Part shown: piece after piece, positions 28,726 to 38,577 of the stretch
Layout of the letters: every line of letters starts with the position of its first letter
Position numbering within the stretch: the first letter of the stretch is position 1
Assembly: GCA_046986985.1 (NCBI GenBank)
Contig: JBKVKY010000012.1
Coordinates: forward strand, 89,368 to 153,367
DNA length: 64,000 bases
Origin: Bacteroides xylanisolvens
GTDB taxonomy: Bacteria > Bacteroidota > Bacteroidia > Bacteroidales > Bacteroidaceae
Direction: 5' to 3'
Made by a program: the position numbers and the translations under genes
Notes under the pieces: generated by a model
Seen by the model: the letters and a program-made list of their open reading frames with translations, nothing else
What the model was told of the DNA's origin: nothing
The model's database searches: none

Positions 28726-31314
28726 ATGAACTTTAACAATTTTACCATTAAATCTCAAGAAGCGGTACAGGAGGCCGTAAACCTGGTACAAAGCCGGGGA
28801 CAACAAGCCATTGAACCTGTCCACATCATGCAGGGAGTAATGAAAGTAGGCGAAAACGTCACTAATTTCATCTTCCAAAAACTTGGTATGAATGGACAGC
28901 AAGTAGCTCTCGTGGTCGACAAGCAAATCGACTCCCTGCCGAAAGTATCCGGCGGAGAACCGTATCTAAGTCGTGAATCCAACGAAGTTTTGCAGAAAGC
29001 AACACAGTATTCTAAAGAAATGGGCGACGAGTTTGTTTCATTAGAGCCTATCATACTGGCATTGCTGACTGTTAAGAGTACCGTCTCCACGATCTTGAAA
29101 GATGCCGGTATGACGGAAAAAGAATTGCGCAACGCTATCAGCGAATTGAGAAAAGGAGAAAAGGTTACATCACAATCCAGTGAAGATACTTATCAATCAT
29201 TGGAAAAGTATGCTATCAACCTGAACGAAGCTGCCCGTAGCGGAAAACTGGATCCCGTAATCGGACGTGATGAAGAAATCCGCCGAGTATTACAGATATT
29301 GAGCCGCCGTACAAAGAACAACCCGATTCTGATTGGTGAACCGGGTACCGGTAAAACGGCTATTGTAGAAGGTTTGGCACATCGTATTCTTCGCGGAGAC
29401 GTGCCCGAAAACCTGAAGAACAAACAAGTTTATTCACTGGATATGGGAGCACTGGTTGCCGGCGCAAAGTACAAAGGTGAATTTGAAGAACGATTGAAAT
29501 CAGTTGTCAATGAGGTGAAGAAATCAGAAGGTGATATTATTCTGTTCATTGATGAGATTCACACGCTGGTAGGTGCCGGAAAAGGTGAAGGTGCCATGGA
29601 TGCCGCCAACATTCTAAAGCCCGCCTTAGCTCGTGGAGAACTACGTTCCATCGGAGCAACAACCCTTGACGAGTATCAAAAATACTTCGAAAAGGATAAA
29701 GCATTGGAGCGTCGTTTCCAAATCGTGCAAGTGGACGAACCGGATAACTTGAGTACCATTTCCATCCTTCGCGGATTGAAAGAACGTTACGAGAACCATC
29801 ATCACGTACGTATCAAAGACGACGCAATCATTGCAGCTGTCGAATTGAGTAGCCGTTACATCACCGACCGTTTCCTGCCGGATAAAGCCATTGACCTGAT
29901 GGACGAAGCCGCAGCCAAACTGCGTATGGAAGTAGATTCCGTTCCTGAAGAACTGGATGAGATTTCCCGTAAAATCAAGCAGCTGGAAATTGAACGCGAG
30001 GCTATCAAACGTGAAAACGATAAACCGAAACTGGAAATTATCGGTAAGGAACTTGCCGAGCTCAAAGAACAGGAAAAGTCCTTTAAAGCTAAATGGCAAA
30101 GTGAGAAAACGCTGATGGATAAAATCCAGCAGAACAAGGTTGAGATAGAGAATCTTAAATTTGAGGCAGAAAAAGCCGAACGTGAAGGCGATTACGGTAA
30201 AGTAGCCGAAATCCGTTATGGTAAACTTCAGGCTTTGGATAAAGAAATAGAAGATACTCAAAAACAACTGCGTGATATGCAAGGCGATAAAGCCATGATT
30301 AAGGAGGAGGTAGACGCTGAAGATATTGCTGATGTTGTTTCCCGCTGGACTGGTATTCCTGTCAGCAAGATGCTGCAAAGTGAAAAAGATAAACTGTTGC
30401 ACTTGGAAGAAGAACTTCATCAACGTGTAATTGGTCAGGACGAAGCGATTGAAGCGGTGGCAGATGCTGTGCGCCGTAGCCGTGCCGGATTACAAGATCC
30501 GAAACGTCCGATCGGGTCATTTATCTTCCTGGGAACCACCGGCGTAGGTAAGACCGAATTAGCAAAGGCATTGGCAGAGTTCCTGTTTGATGACGAAACG
30601 ATGATGACTCGTATCGATATGAGTGAGTATCAGGAAAAACATAGTGTCTCCCGTCTGGTCGGAGCGCCTCCGGGATATGTTGGATACGATGAAGGTGGTC
30701 AGTTGACAGAAGCTATACGGCGAAAACCTTACTCTGTTGTTTTGTTTGACGAAATAGAAAAGGCTCATCCGGATGTCTTCAATATTCTGTTACAGGTATT
30801 GGATGACGGACGACTGACTGACAATAAAGGAAGGGTGGTCAACTTCAAAAATACCATTATCATCATGACTTCAAATATGGGCAGTTCTTATATACAAAGT
30901 CAGATGGAGAAGTTGCATGGTTCCAATAAGGAAGAAGTAATCGAAGAAACGAAGAAGGAAGTGATGAATATGTTGAAAAAGACAATTCGTCCGGAATTCC
31001 TGAACCGTATTGATGAAACGATTATGTTCTTACCATTGAACGAAAAAGAAATCAAGCAAATCGTACTTTTACAAATTAAGGGAGTACAGAAAATGCTTGC
31101 CGAAAACGGAGTGGAACTGCAATTGACAGAAGGAGCATTGAACTTCTTATCGCAAGTGGGTTATGATCCTGAATTTGGAGCTCGTCCGGTGAAGAGGGCT
31201 ATTCAACGCTATCTGCTGAATGATCTATCCAAGAAGTTACTATCACAGGAAGTCGACCGAAGCAAAGCAATTATCGTTGATGCTGACGGAGACGGATTGG
31301 TATTCAGAAATTAA
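28726..31314 (+). CDS. clpB: ATP-dependent chaperone ClpB
   Basis: Two AAA modules ([16 protein letters not shown]), long coiled-coil M domain, GAPPGYVG. Confidence 0.97.
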   Translation: MNFNNFTIKSQEAVQEAVNLVQSRGQQAIEPVHIMQGVMKVGENVTNFIFQKLGMNGQQVALVVDKQIDSLPKVSGGEPYLSRESNEVLQKATQYSKEMGDEFVSLEPIILALLTVKSTVSTILKDAGMTEKELRNAISELRKGEKVTSQSSEDTYQSLEKYAINLNEAARSGKLDPVIGRDEEIRRVLQILSRRTKNNPILIGEPGTGKTAIVEGLAHRILRGDVPENLKNKQVYSLDMGALVAGAKYKGEFEERLKSVVNEVKKSEGDIILFIDEIHTLVGAGKGEGAMDAANILKPALARGELRSIGATTLDEYQKYFEKDKALERRFQIVQVDEPDNLSTISILRGLKERYENHHHVRIKDDAIIAAVELSSRYITDRFLPDKAIDLMDEAAAKLRMEVDSVPEELDEISRKIKQLEIEREAIKRENDKPKLEIIGKELAELKEQEKSFKAKWQSEKTLMDKIQQNKVEIENLKFEAEKAEREGDYGKVAEIRYGKLQALDKEIEDTQKQLRDMQGDKAMIKEEVDAEDIADVVSRWTGIPVSKMLQSEKDKLLHLEEELHQRVIGQDEAIEAVADAVRRSRAGLQDPKRPIGSFIFLGTTGVGKTELAKALAEFLFDDETMMTRIDMSEYQEKHSVSRLVGAPPGYVGYDEGGQLTEAIRRKPYSVVLFDEIEKAHPDVFNILLQVLDDGRLTDNKGRVVNFKNTIIIMTSNMGSSYIQSQMEKLHGSNKEEVIEETKKEVMNMLKKTIRPEFLNRIDETIMFLPLNEKEIKQIVLLQIKGVQKMLAENGVELQLTEGALNFLSQVGYDPEFGARPVKRAIQRYLLNDLSKKLLSQEVDRSKAIIVDADGDGLVFRN

Positions 31315-31336
31315 AAGTCATCATTCAAATAGAATG

Positions 31337-31438
31337 GGGCTGTCTAACAAGTCTCTAAAATTGAAAATCACTCCTATCAGAGTTTGTTTGAACTCTGATA
31401 GGGGTGAAATCGTTAAAAAGAAACTTGTTAGGTAGCCC
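31337..31438. mobile_element. About 100-bp MITE-like palindromic element
   Basis: Terminal IRs gggctgtctaacaagt / acttgttaggtagccc (14/16 match) enclosing a 17-bp stem tcactcctatcagagtt / aactctgataggggtga. Confidence 0.55.
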
Positions 31439-31442
31439 TTTT

Positions 31443-31700
31443 TTATATTCCTAAATATGTAATTCGCCGAACTTCCGGTTGGCAATTCGGATGACTCATC
31501 ACCAAAACATAAGTGCCCGGTTGGGGTATTTCCATAGTCAATGAAGGCAAAGCAAATTTATGTTTGCCTCTTAGTTCTCCCTGTGAATCGTAAAGGAATA
31601 CCATTGTACCTGCCAACAAACCTGTCAGGCATAATGTCCCTTTTTCATTGTCCAAACGGACGTTTACTTCTTTATTTGTTATTGTCTCCATACCCAACAT
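31443..31700 (-). CDS. Small hypothetical protein resembling a stand-alone T9SS C-terminal (CTD-like) domain
   Basis: V.LYDSQG.L....  ...PGTYVL pattern. Confidence 0.45.
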   Translation of the reverse strand: MLGMETITNKEVNVRLDNEKGTLCLTGLLAGTMVFLYDSQGELRGKHKFALPSLTMEIPQPGTYVLVMSHPNCQPEVRRITYLGI

Positions 31701-31934
31701 TAAAAAACGTTATTCAGCATCCACGAGCTATATTCCCAAGAATGGTGAACAGCGACAAAGATACATAAAAAGCATCATTATTTACAATATAAGTAGAAGA
31801 TATTTATTATTGCAAAAGATTACCCAAATAATACTAATTTTTTCCTAAACCTACAAGTGTTTATATAAAAAAAACATGATAACCACCTTAAATGATTATC
31901 ATGTTCTTTATTCCTATCAAATAAACTATACAGA

Positions 31935-32363
31935 TTACTCTGCAACTTCTTCTTCCTTAATCTCTCCTTCCGGTTTGAATTCTGTAATTCCATTAGAAAT
32001 TAAGATGTTATACCAAGCAACCAATTTCTTAATATCGGCTACATATACACGTTCACGATCAAAATTAGGTAATACTTCAGCCAAGTATTCACGCAATTGT
32101 TCGGGAGTCGCTTTTTTCGGATCAATAGAAGCCTGTGCTGATTTTTCTTTCTCTTTTATTGACTCCAGCACATCATACAAAGGAACTTCTGCATCGTCCG
32201 TATACATTGCTATATCTGCCAAAGAGATAATTTTTTCATTACCATAAGCAGGGAAACGTTTCTTTTCAGCATTGACTGATTCAACAATCAACATATTTTT
32301 TCCTTGCGAAATAAGTTTGTATAATCCCGGTTTACCTGAGATAGACAAGATAGTCTTCAACAT
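31935..32363 (-). CDS. DUF5606-like conserved protein
   Basis: ILSISGKPGLYKL, IISLADIAMYT, RVYVADIKK. Confidence 0.8.
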   Translation of the reverse strand: MLKTILSISGKPGLYKLISQGKNMLIVESVNAEKKRFPAYGNEKIISLADIAMYTDDAEVPLYDVLESIKEKEKSAQASIDPKKATPEQLREYLAEVLPNFDRERVYVADIKKLVAWYNILISNGITEFKPEGEIKEEEVAE

Positions 32364-32387
32364 AGTATATATCCTTTTATTTATTAA

Positions 32388-33002
32388 TTATTTTTTTGCG
32401 GAGCAAAGGTAATGATTATTTTTAGATAGCAAAGAAATAAGCTCTAAAACCTGTGGAATTAACGGTGTTTCATCATCATTCACTATCACGAAATCGGCAT
32501 GACTTCTCTTTACTTCATCACTCATTTGAGCTTCGATACGCTTCATCACCAGTTCTCTTGACGAACAGTCCCGCTTTACAGCACGTTCCACTCTCACTTC
32601 CAGCGGCGCATATACCATAACCAGAAAATCAACTTCATCCTTAAAACCAGCCTCCACCAGTATTGCAGACTCCATACCCACCAGCAGTTCACTTTTCAAC
32701 CGGGCAGCCCATTGTCGGAAATCTTCTTTCACTTGCGGATGAATAATCTCATTCACTTTCCGCACATGATCCTGATGACCGAACATATAAGAAGCCAACA
32801 AAGAACGATTCAACTCTCCACCCTGAAACACATCCTGACCAACCAGATCACAAAGCCCCCGGCGAATCACCGGATCTGTCTGTGTGATTCGCTTTGCTTC
32901 TATATCTGATATATAGACAGGGATTCCCATTATTCCGAGTAGTCTGGAAACAACACTTTTTCCACTACCAATGCCACCGGTTATGCCAATCTTAATCGCC
33001 AT
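32388..33002 (-). CDS. coaE: Dephospho-CoA kinase
   Basis: [18 protein letters not shown]. Confidence 0.95.
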   Translation of the reverse strand: MAIKIGITGGIGSGKSVVSRLLGIMGIPVYISDIEAKRITQTDPVIRRGLCDLVGQDVFQGGELNRSLLASYMFGHQDHVRKVNEIIHPQVKEDFRQWAARLKSELLVGMESAILVEAGFKDEVDFLVMVYAPLEVRVERAVKRDCSSRELVMKRIEAQMSDEVKRSHADFVIVNDDETPLIPQVLELISLLSKNNHYLCSAKK

Positions 33003-34011
33003 TAGAAGTAATTTGTTCTATCAGGAAGTCCACTTGCTCGGGAACAATACGTATTTGATTTATTCCACTTGGAAACGATTTCAATTTAACCGTATATTTA
33101 TCAGAGCCAAGCTTCAGCAATTCTTCATAAGAAATATTGATGATAAAATCGCTTGCTTTTATACTGCGGAACCGTTTTAACCCCACTTGAAAAGTAATCT
33201 GAACTTTGGAAGGAAAAGTGCGCAACACCTTATCTGCCGGAAAATTAACTCCATGTAATGGCACTTCGACCGTTTTCTCCGTATAAATATCCACCGGGAA
33301 AGTCATTTCTACCGAAGCCGGAACAAACTTCACTCCTCTTTCAGAAGTCAGCGGAATTCGTCGCCGGGTTGTATCGGATATATTCTCCAAAGTTATATTT
33401 TGAGTATATGCAGTTGTTATAGTATCCAAAATTCCTTCCGGAGCATAAACCAATACAGAGTCCGGCTTACAAATGGTGTCAGATACATAATATTGAAGTC
33501 CAGCTGTCACTTTCCCCTGAAAACGAACAGGAACCAGCTTGGACTTTCCTTCGGAATAGATATATTCTAATGTATCCGGCTTGATCGATAGGATTTTGGA
33601 GGATACATTCAGTTGGCTTAATATTTTTTTCTCAAAGTCGGAAGCATAAATTTTCACATGATTATCTTTTCCTTTATAATCAAGAAAAACTAGATTGACC
33701 GGAAAGAAACTTTTCCCCAACATATAATTGAGAAGCACTGTTCCTTTATCTTTCACTCGAACACGAAGTTCGGAAGGAGGTTCCGAAGTCAACACTACAT
33801 TGTTAGGAAGATCTTTCATTCGCACTGGGATAGAGAACTCCGCTTCATAGTCATTATTGAGCGTCTGAAGCAACCAGAATCCACCGGCTATCAGGAAGAA
33901 AAATAAAAAAATTAAGAACTCTCTGCTCTTATCACTGAGCAGAAAATCCTTAATTTTCTTAGATAGTTTTAAATATGTATATTTTATATTCCTACGATCA
34001 AACATAGGCAT
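32992..34011 (-). CDS. YbbR/CdaR-like membrane-anchored protein
   Basis: N-terminal TM followed by repeated P..V.V beta domains; between yajC and coaE. Confidence 0.7.
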   Translation of the reverse strand: MPMFDRRNIKYTYLKLSKKIKDFLLSDKSREFLIFLFFFLIAGGFWLLQTLNNDYEAEFSIPVRMKDLPNNVVLTSEPPSELRVRVKDKGTVLLNYMLGKSFFPVNLVFLDYKGKDNHVKIYASDFEKKILSQLNVSSKILSIKPDTLEYIYSEGKSKLVPVRFQGKVTAGLQYYVSDTICKPDSVLVYAPEGILDTITTAYTQNITLENISDTTRRRIPLTSERGVKFVPASVEMTFPVDIYTEKTVEVPLHGVNFPADKVLRTFPSKVQITFQVGLKRFRSIKASDFIINISYEELLKLGSDKYTVKLKSFPSGINQIRIVPEQVDFLIEQITSNGD

Positions 34012-34026
34012 TTATTTACCAACTAT

Positions 34027-34350
34027 TTATTTAGACTGATTGCTAGCCGCTGAAGCATCAGCGAATATAGAATTCTTGTCTATTTTAATCTTTACATTAG
34101 AAGCAATCTCAAGTACTATATAGTCGTCAGTAATTTCCTTGATTGTTCCGTGGATACCACCTGCAGTAATCACATTCTGATTTACCTGAAGAGATTTACG
34201 GAAATTAGCTATTTCTTTCTGCTTCTTATTTTGAGGACGGATCATAAAGAAATACATGATAACAAACATAGCTATCAGCATGATCCACATCATACTTCCA
34301 CCTCCGGCAGCACCGGCAGGAGCTTGCAATAATACAGTCAATACGTTCAT
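34027..34350 (-). CDS. yajC: Preprotein translocase subunit YajC
   Basis: YFFMIRPQ, VITAGGIHG. Confidence 0.95.
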   Translation of the reverse strand: MNVLTVLLQAPAGAAGGGSMMWIMLIAMFVIMYFFMIRPQNKKQKEIANFRKSLQVNQNVITAGGIHGTIKEITDDYIVLEIASNVKIKIDKNSIFADASAASNQSK

Positions 34351-34389
34351 AAATAATCTGTTTTAGTTTCTACTATATGGACAAAGGTA

Positions 34390-35316
34390 TCAGTTTTTAG
34401 TCAACTTACCTTCTTTTTTTAATTGATTAACTATTCCATCCAGCGTACCGTTGATAAAGCTACCGCTTTTAGCTGTGCTATACAACTTCGCAATCTCTAC
34501 ATATTCATTTAACGAAACACTGACCGGAATGTTCGGGAAACTAAGAATTTCTGCTAATGCAGTCTGCATAATGATTACATCCATAAATGCGATGCGGTCC
34601 AAATCCCAGTTTTTTGTATTCTCACTCACCAAATGACGGTAATAGTCAGAATTCAAAATGGTGCGACGGAACAGACGACGTGCAAACTCCTGATCTTCGT
34701 CATCTTTAAATTCCGGAAGCAGTTCCTGGTTGGCACCCTTCTTTTCATCAAAGCGTTTGATTGTTTTCAAGACGAACGTGTCTACAATTTCCTTATCATC
34801 ATTCCAGTACAAACTCTGGTCTTCCAATACCTGATCAAGAGAATCGTTATTAAAGATGTATGTCTTATAGATTTTTCTCCACAGTTCACGATCAGCTTCG
34901 TATGAGTTGTCATCAGAAGCCATATAATCTTTATAGATATCGGTTTCTACAATTTTCTCATAAAGCTCTTTGATAAAGTCCTGGTCGTTTGTCCAGGTTC
35001 TTTTCTGATTGGCTATAAACTCGGACAATTGTTTATTGACTTCCAATTGAGCAATAAACTTGTTATCTACGAATTTCCTGTTGGGATACAACTCCTCTGT
35101 CGTAGGTGCCAATTTAGCTTTTGCCGCATCAATACGTTTTTGTGCATACTCTGTCAATGCTATCATCAGCATTAGCAAATAGTTGTAAAGGTCATACGCC
35201 TTTGAAAGACTAAAGAATAACTCTTTCTCCGCTGAGTCTAGATTTTTGCTGCCATTCTGATAATAGGCATATACTATCTGTATAATCTTAAGACGAATAA
35301 GAACTCTGTTGATCAT
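34390..35316 (-). CDS. nusB: Transcription antitermination factor NusB (long Bacteroidetes form)
   Basis: WDLDRIAFMD, VSLNEYVEIAK, FINGTLD. Confidence 0.93.
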   Translation of the reverse strand: MINRVLIRLKIIQIVYAYYQNGSKNLDSAEKELFFSLSKAYDLYNYLLMLMIALTEYAQKRIDAAKAKLAPTTEELYPNRKFVDNKFIAQLEVNKQLSEFIANQKRTWTNDQDFIKELYEKIVETDIYKDYMASDDNSYEADRELWRKIYKTYIFNNDSLDQVLEDQSLYWNDDKEIVDTFVLKTIKRFDEKKGANQELLPEFKDDEDQEFARRLFRRTILNSDYYRHLVSENTKNWDLDRIAFMDVIIMQTALAEILSFPNIPVSVSLNEYVEIAKLYSTAKSGSFINGTLDGIVNQLKKEGKLTKN

Positions 35317-35484
35317 AATTCAAATTAATACTGTTATTATCGAACTGCAAAAGTAGATATTTTTAATGAGTTTCCACAAATAAATCACATTTTTTAATGC
35401 AGTATTTGATTCTCTGCGCTTTTTCTTTTGACAGTTTAAAAAAAATATCCAATTTTGAAGCCGATTATAAACGGACCGAAAGAT

Positions 35485-35886
35485 ATGGAAGATTTAAAAA
35501 AGAAAATGAGCGCAGACATGAATGATAAGGAGATCGTATTCTCCAAGTCCATTAAGGCAGGTAAACGCATCTATTACCTCGACGTAAAAAAGAATCGTAA
35601 AGATGAAATGTTCCTGGCTATTACAGAGAGCAAAAAAGTGATAACGGGAGAAGGCGATGATTCTCAAGTTAGTTTCGAGAAACACAAAATCTTCCTATAT
35701 AGGGAAGACTTTCAGAAGTTTATGGCAGGACTCGAAGAAGCAGTGAATTTCATTGAGTGCAGCGACGCAAACGAATATATCGCCCGCCTGAACATCGAAG
35801 CTGATGAAGAAAATGAACGGAAAGCAATCGAAGAAGCCCGGGAAAACAAATTGGAGAGCGAAATTAAGATTGATATTGACTTTTAA
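35485..35886 (+). CDS. DUF3276 / PUR-like nucleic-acid-binding protein
   Basis: FSKSIKAGKRIYYLDVK, FLAITESKK, FEKHKIFLY. Confidence 0.82.
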   Translation: MEDLKKKMSADMNDKEIVFSKSIKAGKRIYYLDVKKNRKDEMFLAITESKKVITGEGDDSQVSFEKHKIFLYREDFQKFMAGLEEAVNFIECSDANEYIARLNIEADEENERKAIEEARENKLESEIKIDIDF

Positions 35887-36023
35887 GAAAGTAACTCTTT
35901 GATATTTCAAAAAAAAGATGTACTTTTGCACCGCTTTTTTGCAACATCGTGTGATAATCCACATCGTGTGATGGTGAATTAAGCAAACTAACTTAATTTA
36001 GAGTAACACAAATTTTTAAAGAA

Positions 36024-36614
36024 ATGAAATCAATTGAAGTAAAAGGAACTGCAAGAACAATTGCAGAACGCTCTTCAGAACAAGCAAGAGCTTTGAAAGA
36101 AATTCGTAAAAACGGTGGTGTACCTTGTGTACTTTACGGAGGTAATGAAGTAGTTCACTTTACAGTGACCAACGAAGGACTTCGTAACTTGGTTTATACT
36201 CCGCACATCTACGTTGTAGACCTGATTATCGATGGCAAAAAAGTAAACGCTATCCTGAAAGATATTCAGTTCCACCCGGTAAAAGATACTATCCTACACG
36301 TTGACTTCTATCAAATTGACGAAGCTAAACCTATCGTAATGGAAGTTCCTGTACAGTTGGAAGGTCTTGCAGAAGGTGTGAAAGCCGGTGGTAAACTTGC
36401 ACTGCAGATGCGTAAGATCAAAGTGAAAGCTTTGTACAATGTAATTCCTGAAAAGTTGACCGTTAACGTTTCTCACCTGGGATTAGGTAAGACTGTTAAA
36501 GTTGGCGAATTGAGCTTCGAAGGTCTTGAACTGATTAGCGCAAAAGAAGCTGTTGTATGTGCTGTTAAGTTGACTCGTGCAGCAAGAGGTGCAGCAGCAG
36601 CCGCTGGTAAGTAA
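36024..36614 (+). CDS. rplY: 50S ribosomal protein L25 / Ctc
   Basis: VPCVLYG, QFHPV...HVDFY, GVKAGG. Confidence 0.95.
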   Translation: MKSIEVKGTARTIAERSSEQARALKEIRKNGGVPCVLYGGNEVVHFTVTNEGLRNLVYTPHIYVVDLIIDGKKVNAILKDIQFHPVKDTILHVDFYQIDEAKPIVMEVPVQLEGLAEGVKAGGKLALQMRKIKVKALYNVIPEKLTVNVSHLGLGKTVKVGELSFEGLELISAKEAVVCAVKLTRAARGAAAAAGK

Positions 36615-36645
36615 TTGAGATTATCCCTGTAAAGAGATATACTTC

Positions 36646-36710
36646 AAACGCAGATTAATGCAGATTAAAGCAGATGTTCAGTCTGCATTAATTTGTATTA
36701 ATCTGCGTTT
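36646..36710. repeat. Long hairpin built from GCAGATTAA repeats between rplY and pth (possible terminator/attenuator)
   Basis: aaacgcagattaatgcagattaaagcaga ... tctgcattaatttgtattaatctgcgttt. Confidence 0.7.
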
Positions 36711-36747
36711 CTCTTTCTATATTAATGAACTGTTTTACAGAAATACG

Positions 36748-37317
36748 ATGATAAAATACTTAGTTGTCGGACTGGGAAACATTGGTCCCGAATATCATGA
36801 AACCCGACATAATATCGGATTCATGACAGTAGAAGCATTGGCTAGAATCAATAACGCTCCCCCTTTTATGGATGGACGATATGGATTCACTACCAGCTTT
36901 TCTATCAAAGGACGCCAGTTGATTTTGCTTAAGCCATCGACTTTTATGAACCTAAGCGGACTGGCCGTTCGCTATTGGATGCAGAAAGAAAATATTCCAT
37001 TGGAAAATGTACTGATCGTAGTAGATGATCTGGCTCTTCCCTTTGGAACTTTACGCCTGAAGGGAAAAGGGAGTGATGCAGGACATAATGGATTGAAGCA
37101 TATCGCCGCTATTCTGGGCACTCAAAACTATGCCCGCCTGCGATTTGGTATCGGAAATGATTTTCCACGTGGCGGACAGGTTGATTATGTACTCGGACAC
37201 TTCACTAACGAAGATTGGAAAACAATGGATGAAAGACTGGAGATGGCAGCGGAAATTATAAAAAGTTTCTGCCTCGCCGGTATTGACATCACAATGAACC
37301 AGTTCAATAAAAAATAA
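36748..37317 (+). CDS. pth: Peptidyl-tRNA hydrolase
   Basis: VGLGNIG, TRHNIGF, TFMNLSG, GHNGLK. Confidence 0.96.
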   Translation: MIKYLVVGLGNIGPEYHETRHNIGFMTVEALARINNAPPFMDGRYGFTTSFSIKGRQLILLKPSTFMNLSGLAVRYWMQKENIPLENVLIVVDDLALPFGTLRLKGKGSDAGHNGLKHIAAILGTQNYARLRFGIGNDFPRGGQVDYVLGHFTNEDWKTMDERLEMAAEIIKSFCLAGIDITMNQFNKK

Positions 37318-37428
37318 TGGACTAGCCCCCCCCAAAAAAAATAAAGATGACAATGAACGGTTAGCGATAAATGACAACGTCAACTGATACTAACCAAAGA
37401 ATTATTTATCACTAAATAACTAACTAAA

Positions 37429-37851
37429 ATGGCCGAAGCAAGAATAGATAAATGGATGTGGGCTGTCCGCATCTTCAAGACACGTACGATTGCAGCAGAA
37501 GCCTGCAAAAAAGGACGCATTACCATCAACGGTTCTTTAGCCAAAGCTGCCCGTATGATAAAACCGGGAGATGTTATTCAGGTGAAGAAACCGCCTATCA
37601 CTTATTCATTCAAGGTATTACAAACTATTGAAAAACGTGTGGGTGCCAAACTTGTATCGGAAATGATGGAAAACGTAACTACTCCCGATCAATACGAACT
37701 GCTTGAAATGAGTAAAATCAGCGGATTCGTAGATCGTGCACGTGGAACCGGACGACCGACCAAGAAAGACCGCCGGGAACTGGAAGAATTTACAACTCCG
37801 GAGTTCATGGATGATTTCGACTTTGATTTCGATTTTGACAGTGAAGAATAA
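37429..37851 (+). CDS. hslR: S4-domain ribosome-associated heat shock protein Hsp15
   Basis: RIDKWMWAVRIFKTR, GRPTKKDRR. Confidence 0.88.
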   Translation: MAEARIDKWMWAVRIFKTRTIAAEACKKGRITINGSLAKAARMIKPGDVIQVKKPPITYSFKVLQTIEKRVGAKLVSEMMENVTTPDQYELLEMSKISGFVDRARGTGRPTKKDRRELEEFTTPEFMDDFDFDFDFDSEE

Positions 37852-37902
37852 TAAATGGGAATTTAGCGGTTAGGCTGAAAGCCTTACAATTATATATTTA
37901 TT

Positions 37903-38088
37903 GGGGTGCCCTGAAAGGGCTTAATTATATAGCGTAGGGCAACGCCCTACGTAAAAACGACAATCTGAATTTGCGCCCTGAAAGGGCATAATTGTATACA
38001 GTTCCGCCCTTTCAGGGCTTGTGGCTGGTGTGCTTTTTTCGTAGGGCGTTGCCCTACGCTATATAATTAAGCCCTTTCAGGACACCCC
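37903..38088. repeat. 186-bp REP/REPIN-like palindromic element
   Basis: 49-bp arms (37903-37951 / 38040-38088, 1 mismatch) containing the hairpins gccctgaaagggc and gtagggcaacgccctac; inner inverted pair at 37975-37987 / 38006-38018. Confidence 0.85.
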
Positions 38089-38102
38089 GCAAAATTTACC
38101 GT

Positions 38103-38528
38103 TTATAGGTTTGCCTTAACAGCATCAATCAATTCCTGATATTCTGCATCAGTCAGATAAACCTTCCCTGGGTTCATTTGGAATATACCTCCATAATCAG
38201 GTCCATCCACATACTTAGGCGCTAAATGAAAATGTAGATGAGACAATTTATCCGAGTAAGCACCATAATTAATCTTTTCCGGTTGGAAAGCTTTTTGCAT
38301 GGCACGAGTGACACGCGCTACATCTGCCATAAAAGCATTACGGTCTTCATCACTCAATTCATTTAAATCGTTCACATGGTCTTTGTAAGCAACAAGACAA
38401 CGTCCACGATAGGTTTGTTCTTTAAACAGAAACACACGTGACACACTCAATTGCGCTATCTCAATCATCAGATTATGCAGCGTTTCATTGTTCTGGCAAT
38501 ACAGACATTCTTTCGGATCACTCTTCAT
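38103..38528 (-). CDS. HIT family protein
   Basis: CLYC at the N-terminus, HLHFHL histidine triad. Confidence 0.88.
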   Translation of the reverse strand: MKSDPKECLYCQNNETLHNLMIEIAQLSVSRVFLFKEQTYRGRCLVAYKDHVNDLNELSDEDRNAFMADVARVTRAMQKAFQPEKINYGAYSDKLSHLHFHLAPKYVDGPDYGGIFQMNPGKVYLTDAEYQELIDAVKANL

Positions 38529-38577
38529 GATATTATTATTTTAAGTTTTTATCGTTGCAAAAATAAGTATTCCATTC

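Noticed and set aside
36658..36747. N-terminal extensions given in the ORF track for pth (likewise for eno, the AAA gene, and the ORFs at 423, 3683 and 52624)
   Set aside because: The extensions run through hairpins, promoter boxes or neighbouring genes; downstream ATGs match the family N-termini better.
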